A stretch of 63,137 nucleotides of DNA from contig JAGXNO010000019.1 of the NCBI GenBank assembly GCA_019894975.1, forward strand, positions 1 through 63,137. The letters run 5' to 3'. Made by a program: the position numbers and the translations under genes. The notes beneath the pieces are model-generated. The model did not search any database. It saw only the letters and a program-made list of their open reading frames with translations, and was not told the origin of the DNA. This stretch comes from Promethearchaeota archaeon. Lineage in GTDB: Archaea; Asgardarchaeota; Lokiarchaeia; Sigyniarchaeales; SOKP01. Below, piece after piece: positions 20,846 through 30,422 of the stretch. The stretch's first letter is position 1. Each line of letters opens with the position of its first letter.

Positions 20846-23800
20846 TTATTTTAATCTGATTTTGTTTATAGAAATTTTCTTCCATATCAACAAAGTACCA
20901 AGAGATATTGCTATAATTAAGAATATAGTATTATAACTCGGAATTGCATCTGAGCTCTTAGGTGGTTCTTTTGAAATTGTAATGTCAGTATATCCTATAT
21001 TACCTGCTTTATCTTTAGCATAGATCCTGAGAGTTACTTGACCTTCTGGAATCTGTTCCCATATAGTGTTATTAATAGTCCCTGTTAATTCTAGTATAGT
21101 GAAATTATTTAAACCGCCATCAAAAGTAAACCAAACTAAGTCAAGACCACTAGGTTCATCAATACTAATATTATATAATGGGGGTGTCGAACCAAAAACT
21201 TCATCTTGTAAGGGTTTATGAATATTGATTACGGGGTTAATAACATCTTTTCTGATGATAATCTCTACATGTTCTAACTCTCCTAAGGTGTTATTTGCAT
21301 AAAATACTATATTAACAGTTCCGTTATTAAAATCATTCCATTCTGTTTGATCTATTTGACCTGTAAATTCGATGGGAGAGATATTAGTTAAACCGTTATC
21401 GAGTGAATACCATACTGAATCTAAATTCGTTTCATTGACAGATAAACTAAATTGAGGAGATATTACACCAAATAAATTCCCTTGACCAGGCATATATATT
21501 TCTAATGCAGGTGGTGCTGTATCTTTCGAGAAAAAGACTATATCTGATTCGATTTGTTCACCAGACCAATCTTGCGAGAAAAGTTGTAAAGAATGTAAAC
21601 CTTCACTAGGTAAAGGAATGAGGAAATCTCCGAGAATATTAACATTCGGATTTTCATCATAGGAATATTGGATCCAATCATGAACGAAATTCTTTTCAAT
21701 ATCCACCAGAAATCCATACTTGAGATTATCCCCAACATTATAATTAGGATCCCATGAGAGTCCAATAGCGTCAATATAATATTTATAACCAAACATAAGA
21801 TGTAAATAATCGTTGAACCAGACAAGTCTACTTGCTGTGTTTCGATTGTTAATAAAAGAATAATCTCCATATTGGAATCCATTGACATAAATTCTCCATG
21901 AATATGAACCTAGACTTTCATATCCACTAGTACTGCACGCAAAATCAATTCTAATATGATACCATGAATTATTTTGAATAAAACAGATATTATTCCAATC
22001 TGTACCATTGTAATACTGTAAAACGTTGAAAAACGTTCTAAGATTAATCATTTCATTTAGTTGTAAACCATCATCAATTCGAAAACCACAAAGTTTTGAA
22101 GCATCGTCAGAATTCATCCAATATTCAACAGTTCCGTAAGTGGGATTTGAAGAGAGAAGCTTTCTTACGTGAGCATTAAATAATCCAATAGAAGTATCAT
22201 GTATCTCTAAAACCTTTTTATGACCATCTAATTCCTCCCTTACTTTTACAGTCCCACCTACAGTATTTATAACATCAAACCACGCGGGTTTATAAGTAGC
22301 TTTATCACATTCAAATCCATTCGTCGCAAGATAATAACCAGCTGTCGGATTATAATATGTCTTATTTTGAGGTGTTTCTATTGAGAGCTCTGCTTCAGGG
22401 TAATGTTTGTAATCAGTTAAAATATCTTTAAAAACTTCTTTATTCCCAACCATTGTGACGTGACTTAAATCATTATATAGTCTATTGTTAACAGCTCCCG
22501 ATAGGGGTACTGATCCCTCTACTACAGCAGCATCCCAATAAATCCCTACATCTTCCGCAATATGATCAATCTTGGTTTTATTATAGATAGAAGTTTTATT
22601 CTGAGCTTCACTATTGATTATATCAAATAACATCCACTCATAGTAATCATCCTTGTAAGGTTCAAAAGGTGCGGGTTCTTCCCAACTGGGTGCTGCAATT
22701 CCCCTATACGTATTGTAATGTATATCAAAAGGTGTTTCATCTTCTGCATTGAGATATTTCATAAAGTCACTAACCGTTGCCATCTGCATTGTTGGATGAT
22801 TTACATCTAGTGTTCCCTCCGCTTGTTGTTTCCAGTATCCTGCAGTATAAGCCCATGTTCCGTGACAAGGACTTCCTATTATCGCTACATGATCTATGGT
22901 AATACCTTCTTTTTTAAGATCATAAAAATGTTCTTTTACTATGGTACGTGCAAGTACTCCTCCTTGGGAATAACCCGTTAAATCAATTCTGTCTGTAATA
23001 TTTCCCGCTTGATATTCCGTGATAATAAAGTTTTTAACTGCATCTGCCATCTTTAGAAGAGAACTGCTGCTATTTACACCCGTGAATTCAGGTCTACTAG
23101 TTGTATTCTCATAATATGAAATTCCAATCATTCTGTTAGAACCATAATAATCCTCAAAATCGCTATTTCCATTTTGATCCATGTCAAAAGTTGAAGAAGT
23201 AAAAGCAGCCCCTGAATCTGTAGCGCCCCCTTTTATCCCTGGTAAAAAGAGCCAAGTAGGATTTTCTACCTCAAAACTTAGGATTGAAGACTCGTAGACA
23301 ATATTTAGAGAATCTTTACCAAACACTTGAAGTGTATTAGGACTATCTACAGGTTTTGGTATTGTTATATTTCCTAAAATAGTTCTGTTAGATCCTCCGT
23401 TCAAAGAATACCCAATCCATGTTAAGTTTGTGGGCGCTTGAAAATCTAGAAAAAGACCTTCATTTCGATTATCATTTAAATTATAAAATGCATCCCACGA
23501 AAAGCCAATTGCGTCTATATAATAGTGATAACCATTATCAGCTTCAACAGTGTTCCATGCTGCACTATCTGCGAATGAACGATTATTAATAAAGGAAAAT
23601 GGCTCAACTGTTTTATATAAGTTAAAAATGTTTCTTATAGTACGGATACCATATGGAAGACCTCCATTAAGATAAAGTTTCCAACTATATTCTGATAATC
23701 CACTATAATTTCCCGTTGAACATTCAAAATCAATTCTAATGTGATACCATTTATTATTTTCAATAGTGGTAATATTAATCCAATTTGTTCCATTATAACG

Positions 23801-24313
23801 TTGAAGTTGATTGTCTCTAGTCCTTATTGCAATAAGAGCAGCAAGAACAAATCCCCCATCTAATCTAAATCCACAACTCTTATCAGCATTATCTGTTCTC
23901 ATCCAATATTCGATTGTTCCGTGATTAGGGAATGAAAAGAACGTTCTTCTAGCAAAGACATTGTCAGAATTATTTGTATCTTCAAGATCCAAAACACTTT
24001 TGTGTTCTTCAAGGTTTTCAATAACTTGTACATCCCCACCATCTGAATTAACTTCGGAAAACCATGCTGGTTCATCCCCAATTTTATCATTATCAAAACT
24101 ATTAGCGCCAGGATAATATCCGTGCATTGGTCTAGTATAAATTTTACTTTCAGGTGTTGTTATAATAATTTCAGATGCTGATGCTTCTAGTATATAATCT
24201 TCGTTTTCCTTAAATGATTGTGAAGGCTTTGATAAATTTATCGAGACTAATGGTAGTAGAAAAAATGATGTTAAAAATAAAATGATCAAATATTTTCTTG
24301 TTATAGACGGCAT
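20846..24313 (-). CDS. Tandem paralog of preceding surface hydrolase
   Basis: Same architecture; GYSQGG, GSPCHG; AIPSY+TM+KK tail. Confidence 0.8.
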   Translation of the reverse strand: MPSITRKYLIILFLTSFFLLPLVSINLSKPSQSFKENEDYILEASASEIIITTPESKIYTRPMHGYYPGANSFDNDKIGDEPAWFSEVNSDGGDVQVIENLEEHKSVLDLEDTNNSDNVFARRTFFSFPNHGTIEYWMRTDNADKSCGFRLDGGFVLAALIAIRTRDNQLQRYNGTNWINITTIENNKWYHIRIDFECSTGNYSGLSEYSWKLYLNGGLPYGIRTIRNIFNLYKTVEPFSFINNRSFADSAAWNTVEADNGYHYYIDAIGFSWDAFYNLNDNRNEGLFLDFQAPTNLTWIGYSLNGGSNRTILGNITIPKPVDSPNTLQVFGKDSLNIVYESSILSFEVENPTWLFLPGIKGGATDSGAAFTSSTFDMDQNGNSDFEDYYGSNRMIGISYYENTTSRPEFTGVNSSSSLLKMADAVKNFIITEYQAGNITDRIDLTGYSQGGVLARTIVKEHFYDLKKEGITIDHVAIIGSPCHGTWAYTAGYWKQQAEGTLDVNHPTMQMATVSDFMKYLNAEDETPFDIHYNTYRGIAAPSWEEPAPFEPYKDDYYEWMLFDIINSEAQNKTSIYNKTKIDHIAEDVGIYWDAAVVEGSVPLSGAVNNRLYNDLSHVTMVGNKEVFKDILTDYKHYPEAELSIETPQNKTYYNPTAGYYLATNGFECDKATYKPAWFDVINTVGGTVKVREELDGHKKVLEIHDTSIGLFNAHVRKLLSSNPTYGTVEYWMNSDDASKLCGFRIDDGLQLNEMINLRTFFNVLQYYNGTDWNNICFIQNNSWYHIRIDFACSTSGYESLGSYSWRIYVNGFQYGDYSFINNRNTASRLVWFNDYLHLMFGYKYYIDAIGLSWDPNYNVGDNLKYGFLVDIEKNFVHDWIQYSYDENPNVNILGDFLIPLPSEGLHSLQLFSQDWSGEQIESDIVFFSKDTAPPALEIYMPGQGNLFGVISPQFSLSVNETNLDSVWYSLDNGLTNISPIEFTGQIDQTEWNDFNNGTVNIVFYANNTLGELEHVEIIIRKDVINPVINIHKPLQDEVFGSTPPLYNISIDEPSGLDLVWFTFDGGLNNFTILELTGTINNTIWEQIPEGQVTLRIYAKDKAGNIGYTDITISKEPPKSSDAIPSYNTIFLIIAISLGTLLIWKKISINKIRLK

Positions 24314-24654
24314 AATTTCGCTTTTCCTCTATTTTCCTGAATAGAAAATTAGATAATTATGATTAAGATAGAATGATTTAAAAATTCAATTGACAGAACT
24401 GTCTATTTAGACCAAAACAAGATTAACAAACGACAAAATAAAGAGGTTTCAATCCTATGAAATAAACCATCTCAGAAAATTTGCAGCAATTTTCTGTTAT
24501 CTTCGGTATCCTCATAAATTTGCCACCTAGAAACGAGATTATTCTCAATTAACGTAGTCCATATAGCATGATCTTTATTTTTTTTCGAATTTGAATTAAA
24601 TATTAGAACTTAATAAAACAATTTATTATTCATTTTAGTTTGTGTTCTTCAAGA

Positions 24655-25263
24655 TTATGTTTTTCTTTCCTTTACGACCCGTATATAATCATCAAAAGTG
24701 ACACCTGATCTTTTTGGATCATAATTAACAGACTTAGGTCGATATAAACCAGTACACCACCCAATATTATCCTTGATCTCTCCATTAACTACGTGAATAC
24801 CTCTAATATTATAAAGACTTTCATAGCCATCTACTATTCTTTTATCATTTGCATATCCTAACCTAGTCAAAGTATAAAGTGCTATAGCAGTAGTTATTGT
24901 AGGATTTTTGATAATGTAACTAACAGTACCAGACAGTAAGGAACCGATGCAAGGGTTTCTACCATGTTCTGGAGCAACCTGTTGAAAACCATTTTGTTCA
25001 GCAGCATAATTATCTGTTAGAAAAATATTCTCAAAATCAAATGACCAAGTCTTTGCTCTTCCTTCGAATTTCTCATGAAATTGTTCAAAAAGCCATTTGA
25101 TCGCGAAGGAAACTAATTCATGATTAGCATCAATACCTAACTCATTCAGTATTTGTAGTTGAAAACATGTTGCGGAGATATTATTAAACCAAGAACCGTT
25201 TTTTCGCTGATTAGAGAAAAGTTCAGCTATGATTGAATCCATGTCAACATTGTTTTCATTCAT
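24655..25263 (-). CDS. Hypothetical protein, prenyltransferase/squalene-cyclase repeat-like
   Basis: NQRKNGSW, AIKWLFEQ motifs; AAGGAG upstream. Confidence 0.5.
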   Translation of the reverse strand: MNENNVDMDSIIAELFSNQRKNGSWFNNISATCFQLQILNELGIDANHELVSFAIKWLFEQFHEKFEGRAKTWSFDFENIFLTDNYAAEQNGFQQVAPEHGRNPCIGSLLSGTVSYIIKNPTITTAIALYTLTRLGYANDKRIVDGYESLYNIRGIHVVNGEIKDNIGWCTGLYRPKSVNYDPKRSGVTFDDYIRVVKERKT

Positions 25264-25274
25264 GATATTTCTCC

Positions 25275-25601
25275 TTACAAGGATACTGATAGCTCTGTAT
25301 GCTTCAATGCTCGTAAAAGGCCATATGTATAAACTTCAGCATATTTCCTCTTCCACAATCCAGACGATTGTTGTTTCTTAATTATCTCAGATAAGCATTT
25401 CGTAAGTACTTCTTTTGCTTCTCTTTTAGGTAAATGAAATGCATAAGCCCATTTTCCTCTGTTACCTAACACTAGTTTTTGTGCTTCCTGAATAAGGTCT
25501 TTATTTGATTGATAATTTGGATGAGCAAGAAAAGAAGCTATAATGCCATCTGTACACCGTAAATGAGTAGTACTATCCATTGATAGACTGCTAAATCTCA
25601 T
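25275..25601 (-). CDS. Hypothetical protein or gene fragment (QW-repeat-like)
   Basis: KQQSSGLW motif resembles neighbour; may be a remnant. Confidence 0.4.
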   Translation of the reverse strand: MRFSSLSMDSTTHLRCTDGIIASFLAHPNYQSNKDLIQEAQKLVLGNRGKWAYAFHLPKREAKEVLTKCLSEIIKKQQSSGLWKRKYAEVYTYGLLRALKHTELSVSL

Positions 25602-25738
25602 GTAACCTTTCTCTCGTACTTGTAAACTGCTTTTTTTAAGTTATTATTTACATTACATTAATATATTATTGTGTTTTGATTAGAGTCTCATATACAGGAC
25701 CTTTACTTAGAAGGTAAAGTTTTAATAATGAATAACCT

Positions 25739-26158
25739 TCAGAGAATATCCAGTCTTACTCTATTTTCTTTAGTATCTTCGTAAATCTGCCATTTGGATA
25801 GATGATCATCATCAATGGTCGCGGTCCATATACAATGATCTTCCTCTTTGGAATCCTTAGACCATAAGGCATAACCGACTAAAATTACCAAATTCTCTCG
25901 AGATTCAACTCTGGTAAATATATTTTTATAAGTTGGCCACTCCTTGAAAAATCTAATCCAACCATTAATCATATCCCTACTCCAAACTGGTTCTTCCTTA
26001 ACTTTAACCCAAAAACCCTCTCCCATTAGGCTAGAAAGTCCTTTAATATCTTGATTATTGATATATTCATTAAATTGAAGAGCGGTTAATTTAGGATCTC
26101 TTTTATTCATAATAACACCTTCAAGATATACTTCAAGCTCATTATTATTTGATAACAT
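25739..26158 (-). CDS. SnoaL/NTF2-like protein
   Basis: FNEYINNQDIKGL...WQIYEDT; likely start MNKRDP (26110). Confidence 0.7.
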   Translation of the reverse strand: MLSNNNELEVYLEGVIMNKRDPKLTALQFNEYINNQDIKGLSSLMGEGFWVKVKEEPVWSRDMINGWIRFFKEWPTYKNIFTRVESRENLVILVGYALWSKDSKEEDHCIWTATIDDDHLSKWQIYEDTKENRVRLDIL

Positions 26159-26187
26159 TTAGTTTTTTTCTAATTTCAGTTTCCTGA

Positions 26188-26913
26188 TTAATCAAATCCC
26201 ATATAAACACATTCACAATTTAAAGAATCCATTTGAGATTTAATGAATTTAATTGTATCATCACTAAGGGGCTCTACATCATTCTCTTTCTCGAACGTTC
26301 GAATTATATATTTTTCCGGTTTGAAATCTGCTATAAATTTTCGTAATCCTTTAATATTTACCTCAGAGATATTGAATTTATTTCCAAATATCGAATGAAT
26401 CCAGATAGGTTTCGTATATTCTCCTTTAAATTTTCTCAATCCATCGAGCACATCCCCAATTTTTACTTGACTATGATGTTGATTTATTCGGCTAAATTCT
26501 TCAGCTATAATTGAATTTAAATTAAATTGCATGATATCACATTCATAAAAATCTCTTCTAACTTCTGGATCATACAATAAAGAAGCGTTGGAATAGGCAG
26601 TTAGTTTAATTGAAGGATAGCGTTCTTTTATCTTTCGTGCTAATTCCCCAAATTTTGAATATAAAGCAGGCTCACCGCTTCCAGTAAGAAAAAGATAGTC
26701 AGGATAATCATTTTGTGTTAGATAGGAATCAATTTCTTGGATTATGTCTTGAACAGGATAAAAATCTTCTCGTTGCATGGTCATATTAGTAGTTTTTCCT
26801 AAGCTACAATAATAGCAATTAAAAGAACATGTCTTTAATGGGCTAAAATCAACAGGGAGGATTTTTCCTAAAAGTGGGTGATTAATAATTTCACCTAGGT
26901 ATTGCTTTTTCAT
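26188..26913 (-). CDS. Radical SAM protein
   Basis: CSFNCYYC, LTGSGEP. Confidence 0.9.
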   Translation of the reverse strand: MKKQYLGEIINHPLLGKILPVDFSPLKTCSFNCYYCSLGKTTNMTMQREDFYPVQDIIQEIDSYLTQNDYPDYLFLTGSGEPALYSKFGELARKIKERYPSIKLTAYSNASLLYDPEVRRDFYECDIMQFNLNSIIAEEFSRINQHHSQVKIGDVLDGLRKFKGEYTKPIWIHSIFGNKFNISEVNIKGLRKFIADFKPEKYIIRTFEKENDVEPLSDDTIKFIKSQMDSLNCECVYMGFD

Positions 26914-27010
26914 GAGTTTGATATAATAATCTATAATTTAAAAAAGGATTGTATCAATATCAACCAAGTTTAGATTTCATAAAAAAAGAAAAAGAAATGA
27001 ATTAATTAGC

Positions 27011-27514
27011 ATTATTGAAATTTTACACTATCAAATCGATAAGATAATTGAAGAAATAAAAACACACCCCTCTGTCTATGAATTTAATATAGTAAATCTA
27101 GAAGAAAATAGAGTAAGAATTAACGTTAAGACAAAAAATCCCTATTTATTATTTGCCGTAATTAAATGTGGGGTTATTATTGATTTTCCGGTTAAAGTAA
27201 GAGATAAATTTGCTATATGGAATCTGATCTCAACCAGAAAAAGAATCGATGATTTATTAAAGCTTTTTGAGAAGGAAGATATTAATTTCTCATTACTTAA
27301 AATTGGTAGCTCACAGTATAGTTTTGAGAGAGATAAAAATAAGTTAAGTGTAAAAGAATCTAAGATTCTCGATACTGCCATTGATTTAGGGTTTTTTGAG
27401 GTACCCCGAAAAATTTCATTAGAAATGCTAGCTAATAACTTAGGAAAATCAAAATCTTGGACATCGGAACAATTAAGGAAAATTATTAAGAAAAAGATAA
27501 AATTTGGGATTTGA
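27011..27514 (+). pseudogene. Bat/HTH_10-type transcriptional regulator lacking a canonical start (probably 5'-truncated)
   Basis: Frame open 26942-27514 with no upstream ATG; C-terminus LSVKESKILDTAIDLGFFEVPRKISLEMLANNLGKSKSWTSEQLRK is typical HTH_10; missed by ORF track. Confidence 0.75.
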
Positions 27515-27567
27515 TTTAGTGGTTTTCCTATTTCTGTGAGTTATAATCATTAGGTTGAATAATAATA

Positions 27568-27581
27568 CCGAACATGTTCGG
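27568..27581. promoter_or_regulatory. Perfect 14-bp palindrome CCGAACATGTTCGG, candidate operator
   Basis: Between the HTH regulator and the next gene, ~10 nt upstream of a TTTTAA TATA-like element. Confidence 0.55.
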
Positions 27582-27654
27582 ACACCTCCTTTTAAGGTAA
27601 AAAATTAAGTAATCAACTAATCAAAAAAATTTCATTTATATTTTAATTAGGAAA

Positions 27655-28494
27655 TTGATAACAAAAATGACTGAAGAAACAAAAATTAGATCAGAAAATG
27701 GTAGATTATGGGGATTAGTCTCTATCATTTTGGGTGCAGGAGGAATATTTCTTTCGTATCTTTTTATCTTTCTACATTTAGAAAACATTTTGTCTGCCGA
27801 AACCGCCGCCGCGCAAGAATGTAGACTTACAGCTCCCTTTTTCATTCCGGCTTTTGCGGTTATCGGTATATTGGGAGGGACATTATGGTTAGTAACGAGT
27901 GTGGGCTTTTTTCAGAAAAAGGAGTGGGCTTATTCCGTCGGTGTAATCGCCGTAGTTATAACCCTTTTTGCCAGCTTTTGGCCAAATATTCCTGCTATGG
28001 AAAGTGAAGCAGCGGTACCAGGTCCTTGGTTTCTGATTTTTTTCCCTAATTTATTGGTATACTTCTTTCTTTTAGGAAGAATAGGGCACGAATCTGGGAA
28101 AAAAGCATGGTTTGGTTTGGCGGTAGGTATGGCATTCATTCTGAATTTCATAAACGGAATTGCGGCAACTACCAGAATGGTAAATAGAATACCTGATTAT
28201 GGTGAAGCCAGTATGTATATGCTCACTATGCCTACGAATATGTTTGCATCCTTTCTTTTTGGATATACAACAATAGGGCTTTTCTTAGCCAAAAAGAAAG
28301 ATTTAATGCGATATACTGGATTGGCGGGGGTATTCTTGGCAATTGCGGTAGGTTTTCCTTTAGCCTTCGATTCTATGTTCCTTGAAGGTTCGGACCCCAG
28401 TTTCTCCATGTTCATCATGGGTCCAGTTGTTAGCCTTTTGGTAGGGTTTGTATTACTGTCTTCCAAAATGTGGAATAAAATCAATACAGTGTGA
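27655..28494 (+). CDS. Multi-pass membrane protein, unknown function
   Basis: About 8 hydrophobic segments; followed by long T-tract. Confidence 0.75.
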   Translation: MITKMTEETKIRSENGRLWGLVSIILGAGGIFLSYLFIFLHLENILSAETAAAQECRLTAPFFIPAFAVIGILGGTLWLVTSVGFFQKKEWAYSVGVIAVVITLFASFWPNIPAMESEAAVPGPWFLIFFPNLLVYFFLLGRIGHESGKKAWFGLAVGMAFILNFINGIAATTRMVNRIPDYGEASMYMLTMPTNMFASFLFGYTTIGLFLAKKKDLMRYTGLAGVFLAIAVGFPLAFDSMFLEGSDPSFSMFIMGPVVSLLVGFVLLSSKMWNKINTV

Positions 28495-28500
28495 GTAAAA

Positions 28501-28532
28501 TTTTTTTTTTTTTTGTTCTTTTTTTTTATTTT
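28501..28532 (+). terminator. Poly-T archaeal terminator
   Basis: T14 plus further T-runs right after stop at 28494. Confidence 0.55.
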
Positions 28533-28618
28533 AAGCAAATAGTATTATTCTTATAATTCCAGTTGAATAGGTGGTTTAACTTTTAAATTCTATAAAATAT
28601 TATATCATATTATTCTAA

Positions 28619-29686
28619 TTGTATTATTTTTCTAAGATATTGAATTCGCACGATTTGACTCTTTCTGCAATGAAAGGTATTCCTGAAAAAATTCCTTTTA
28701 ATCCATTCATTATGCATTTAGCAGCGAGTTTAGCAAATAAAGATTATAATCATCATTACTGTCAAAATCCAGAGATATTGGTAGAATCGCAAATTAAATG
28801 TGCTAATTTTTTTGGAATCGATCATGTGAATGTTTCAACTGATGCCTACAGAGAAGCAAGTGCTTGGGGTGTTGAAATTGATTGGGAAAGCCATACTCCT
28901 GTTTCGAAAAGAGATATTGAAATTTCTGAATTTAATTCAATAGAAGTACCCAATTTACTTGAAAATCAGAGGATTATGAATCGTGTCAATGCTGTTAAGC
29001 ACTTTTCGAGAGAAGTAGGGGGAAATCAATGTATAATTGGATGGATTGAAGCGCCTTTTGCCGAAATTTGCTGTTTATTTGGTCTAGTAAATGTACTTCT
29101 ACAATGTAAAAATCAAAACTGGGTTGAGAACATAAAAGATTTAATTGAGAGAATACTTCCTGTCCAAAAAGAGTTTGCTAATCTACAGATCGAAGCAGGA
29201 GCAGACATTATCGGAGTAGGTGATTCTGCTATTTCGCAAATTGGTCCGATGAGATATGAAAAGTGTTGCTTAGATGCAACCAGAGATTTATTTACTAATA
29301 TTCAGAAGAATGTGCCCGTACTTTATCATGTATGTGGTGATAATGATATTGTCGATAAAGAAGGTAGAGATATGATAAAATTAATATCAAGTACAGGAGC
29401 AAATATCATTGATTTCGATTATCAGGTCGATTTAAAAATTGCTAAGCAAAAATGTGGAAGTACTAATTGTATTCGTGGTAATTCTAACACAACAGTTTTT
29501 GGTGACCTCTCCTATTCCCCCTTAGATGTTGTAAATGAGGTATCTAAAACAATCGAATCAGGAAAACCTGGAGGTCAATATATGTATGCGTTGGGATGTG
29601 AAGTTCCGTGGGAACCGCTGGATTTAGCAATTCGAAATTTAAGCATAGCAAAAGCAATAACTGAAAAGAGGGGATATTATAATTGA
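28619..29686 (+). CDS. Uroporphyrinogen decarboxylase family (MtaA/CmuA-like corrinoid methyltransferase)
   Basis: EASAWG, GWIEAPF, QIEAGADII, YHVCG, LGCEVP. Confidence 0.85.
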   Translation: MYYFSKILNSHDLTLSAMKGIPEKIPFNPFIMHLAASLANKDYNHHYCQNPEILVESQIKCANFFGIDHVNVSTDAYREASAWGVEIDWESHTPVSKRDIEISEFNSIEVPNLLENQRIMNRVNAVKHFSREVGGNQCIIGWIEAPFAEICCLFGLVNVLLQCKNQNWVENIKDLIERILPVQKEFANLQIEAGADIIGVGDSAISQIGPMRYEKCCLDATRDLFTNIQKNVPVLYHVCGDNDIVDKEGRDMIKLISSTGANIIDFDYQVDLKIAKQKCGSTNCIRGNSNTTVFGDLSYSPLDVVNEVSKTIESGKPGGQYMYALGCEVPWEPLDLAIRNLSIAKAITEKRGYYN

Positions 29687-29782
29687 ATTTAAGATAGTTA
29701 TTTTATAATTACCAGATGAGTCGGAGTTTATTCCATTGAGTCAGGATATATATAATAATATACAAAAACAACACTATACTTT

Positions 29783-30326
29783 TTAAATTCCTAACCGTTC
29801 TTTCATCTTTTTCGCTACTGGCCAGTTTTGCATGGTAATATGGCGTCGTTCACGAATGATTAATCCATCTTTATCTAGTAGAAGAAATGACATAAAGGGT
29901 GTCTCCTTTAAGGCACCTTCCTCGATCCATGACATGATAGCTTCCACTACCACCTGGTTCCCCTTTGCATAGCTCATAGCGATTCGCATATTTCTGTCTG
30001 GTGCTTCTTTCATAATAATTTCTTCAATTTCTTTTGCTACCTTCAAGTTATAAGAACATCTTTGAGGAGGTAGTTGCATCCTGAACCGATCGGGATGGTA
30101 TATATTCATAATCAAGTCCAGCTAGAATCTTTTCTATCGTATTCTCAATATTATTCGCATGAAGAAACTCCATGTAACCACTTGTCGTAACAACAAACCC
30201 TGATGGAACTGGGAATCCTGCTTTAACTAGCTTGCCTAGACTGGCACCTTTACCTCCCACCACGGCAATATCCGTTGATCTATCTTCTCCAAGACTAACG
30301 AGAAAATTATCTTTCTTACTATTCAT
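29783..30326 (-). pseudogene. PEP-synthase/PPDK-family N-terminus joined out of frame to a SnoaL-like C-terminal region (internal deletion remnant)
   Basis: VGGKGASLGKL..AGFPVPSGFVVTT ends after ~75 aa; a second frame from ~30115 encodes an NTF2-like region. Confidence 0.7.
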
Positions 30327-30422
30327 TGAAATTACTTCTGATATGGTAATCTAAATTAAAATAAAATATATCTTGATTAAAAATTTGCTTAATAACTATT
30401 TAAAATTAAACACAAATGAATT

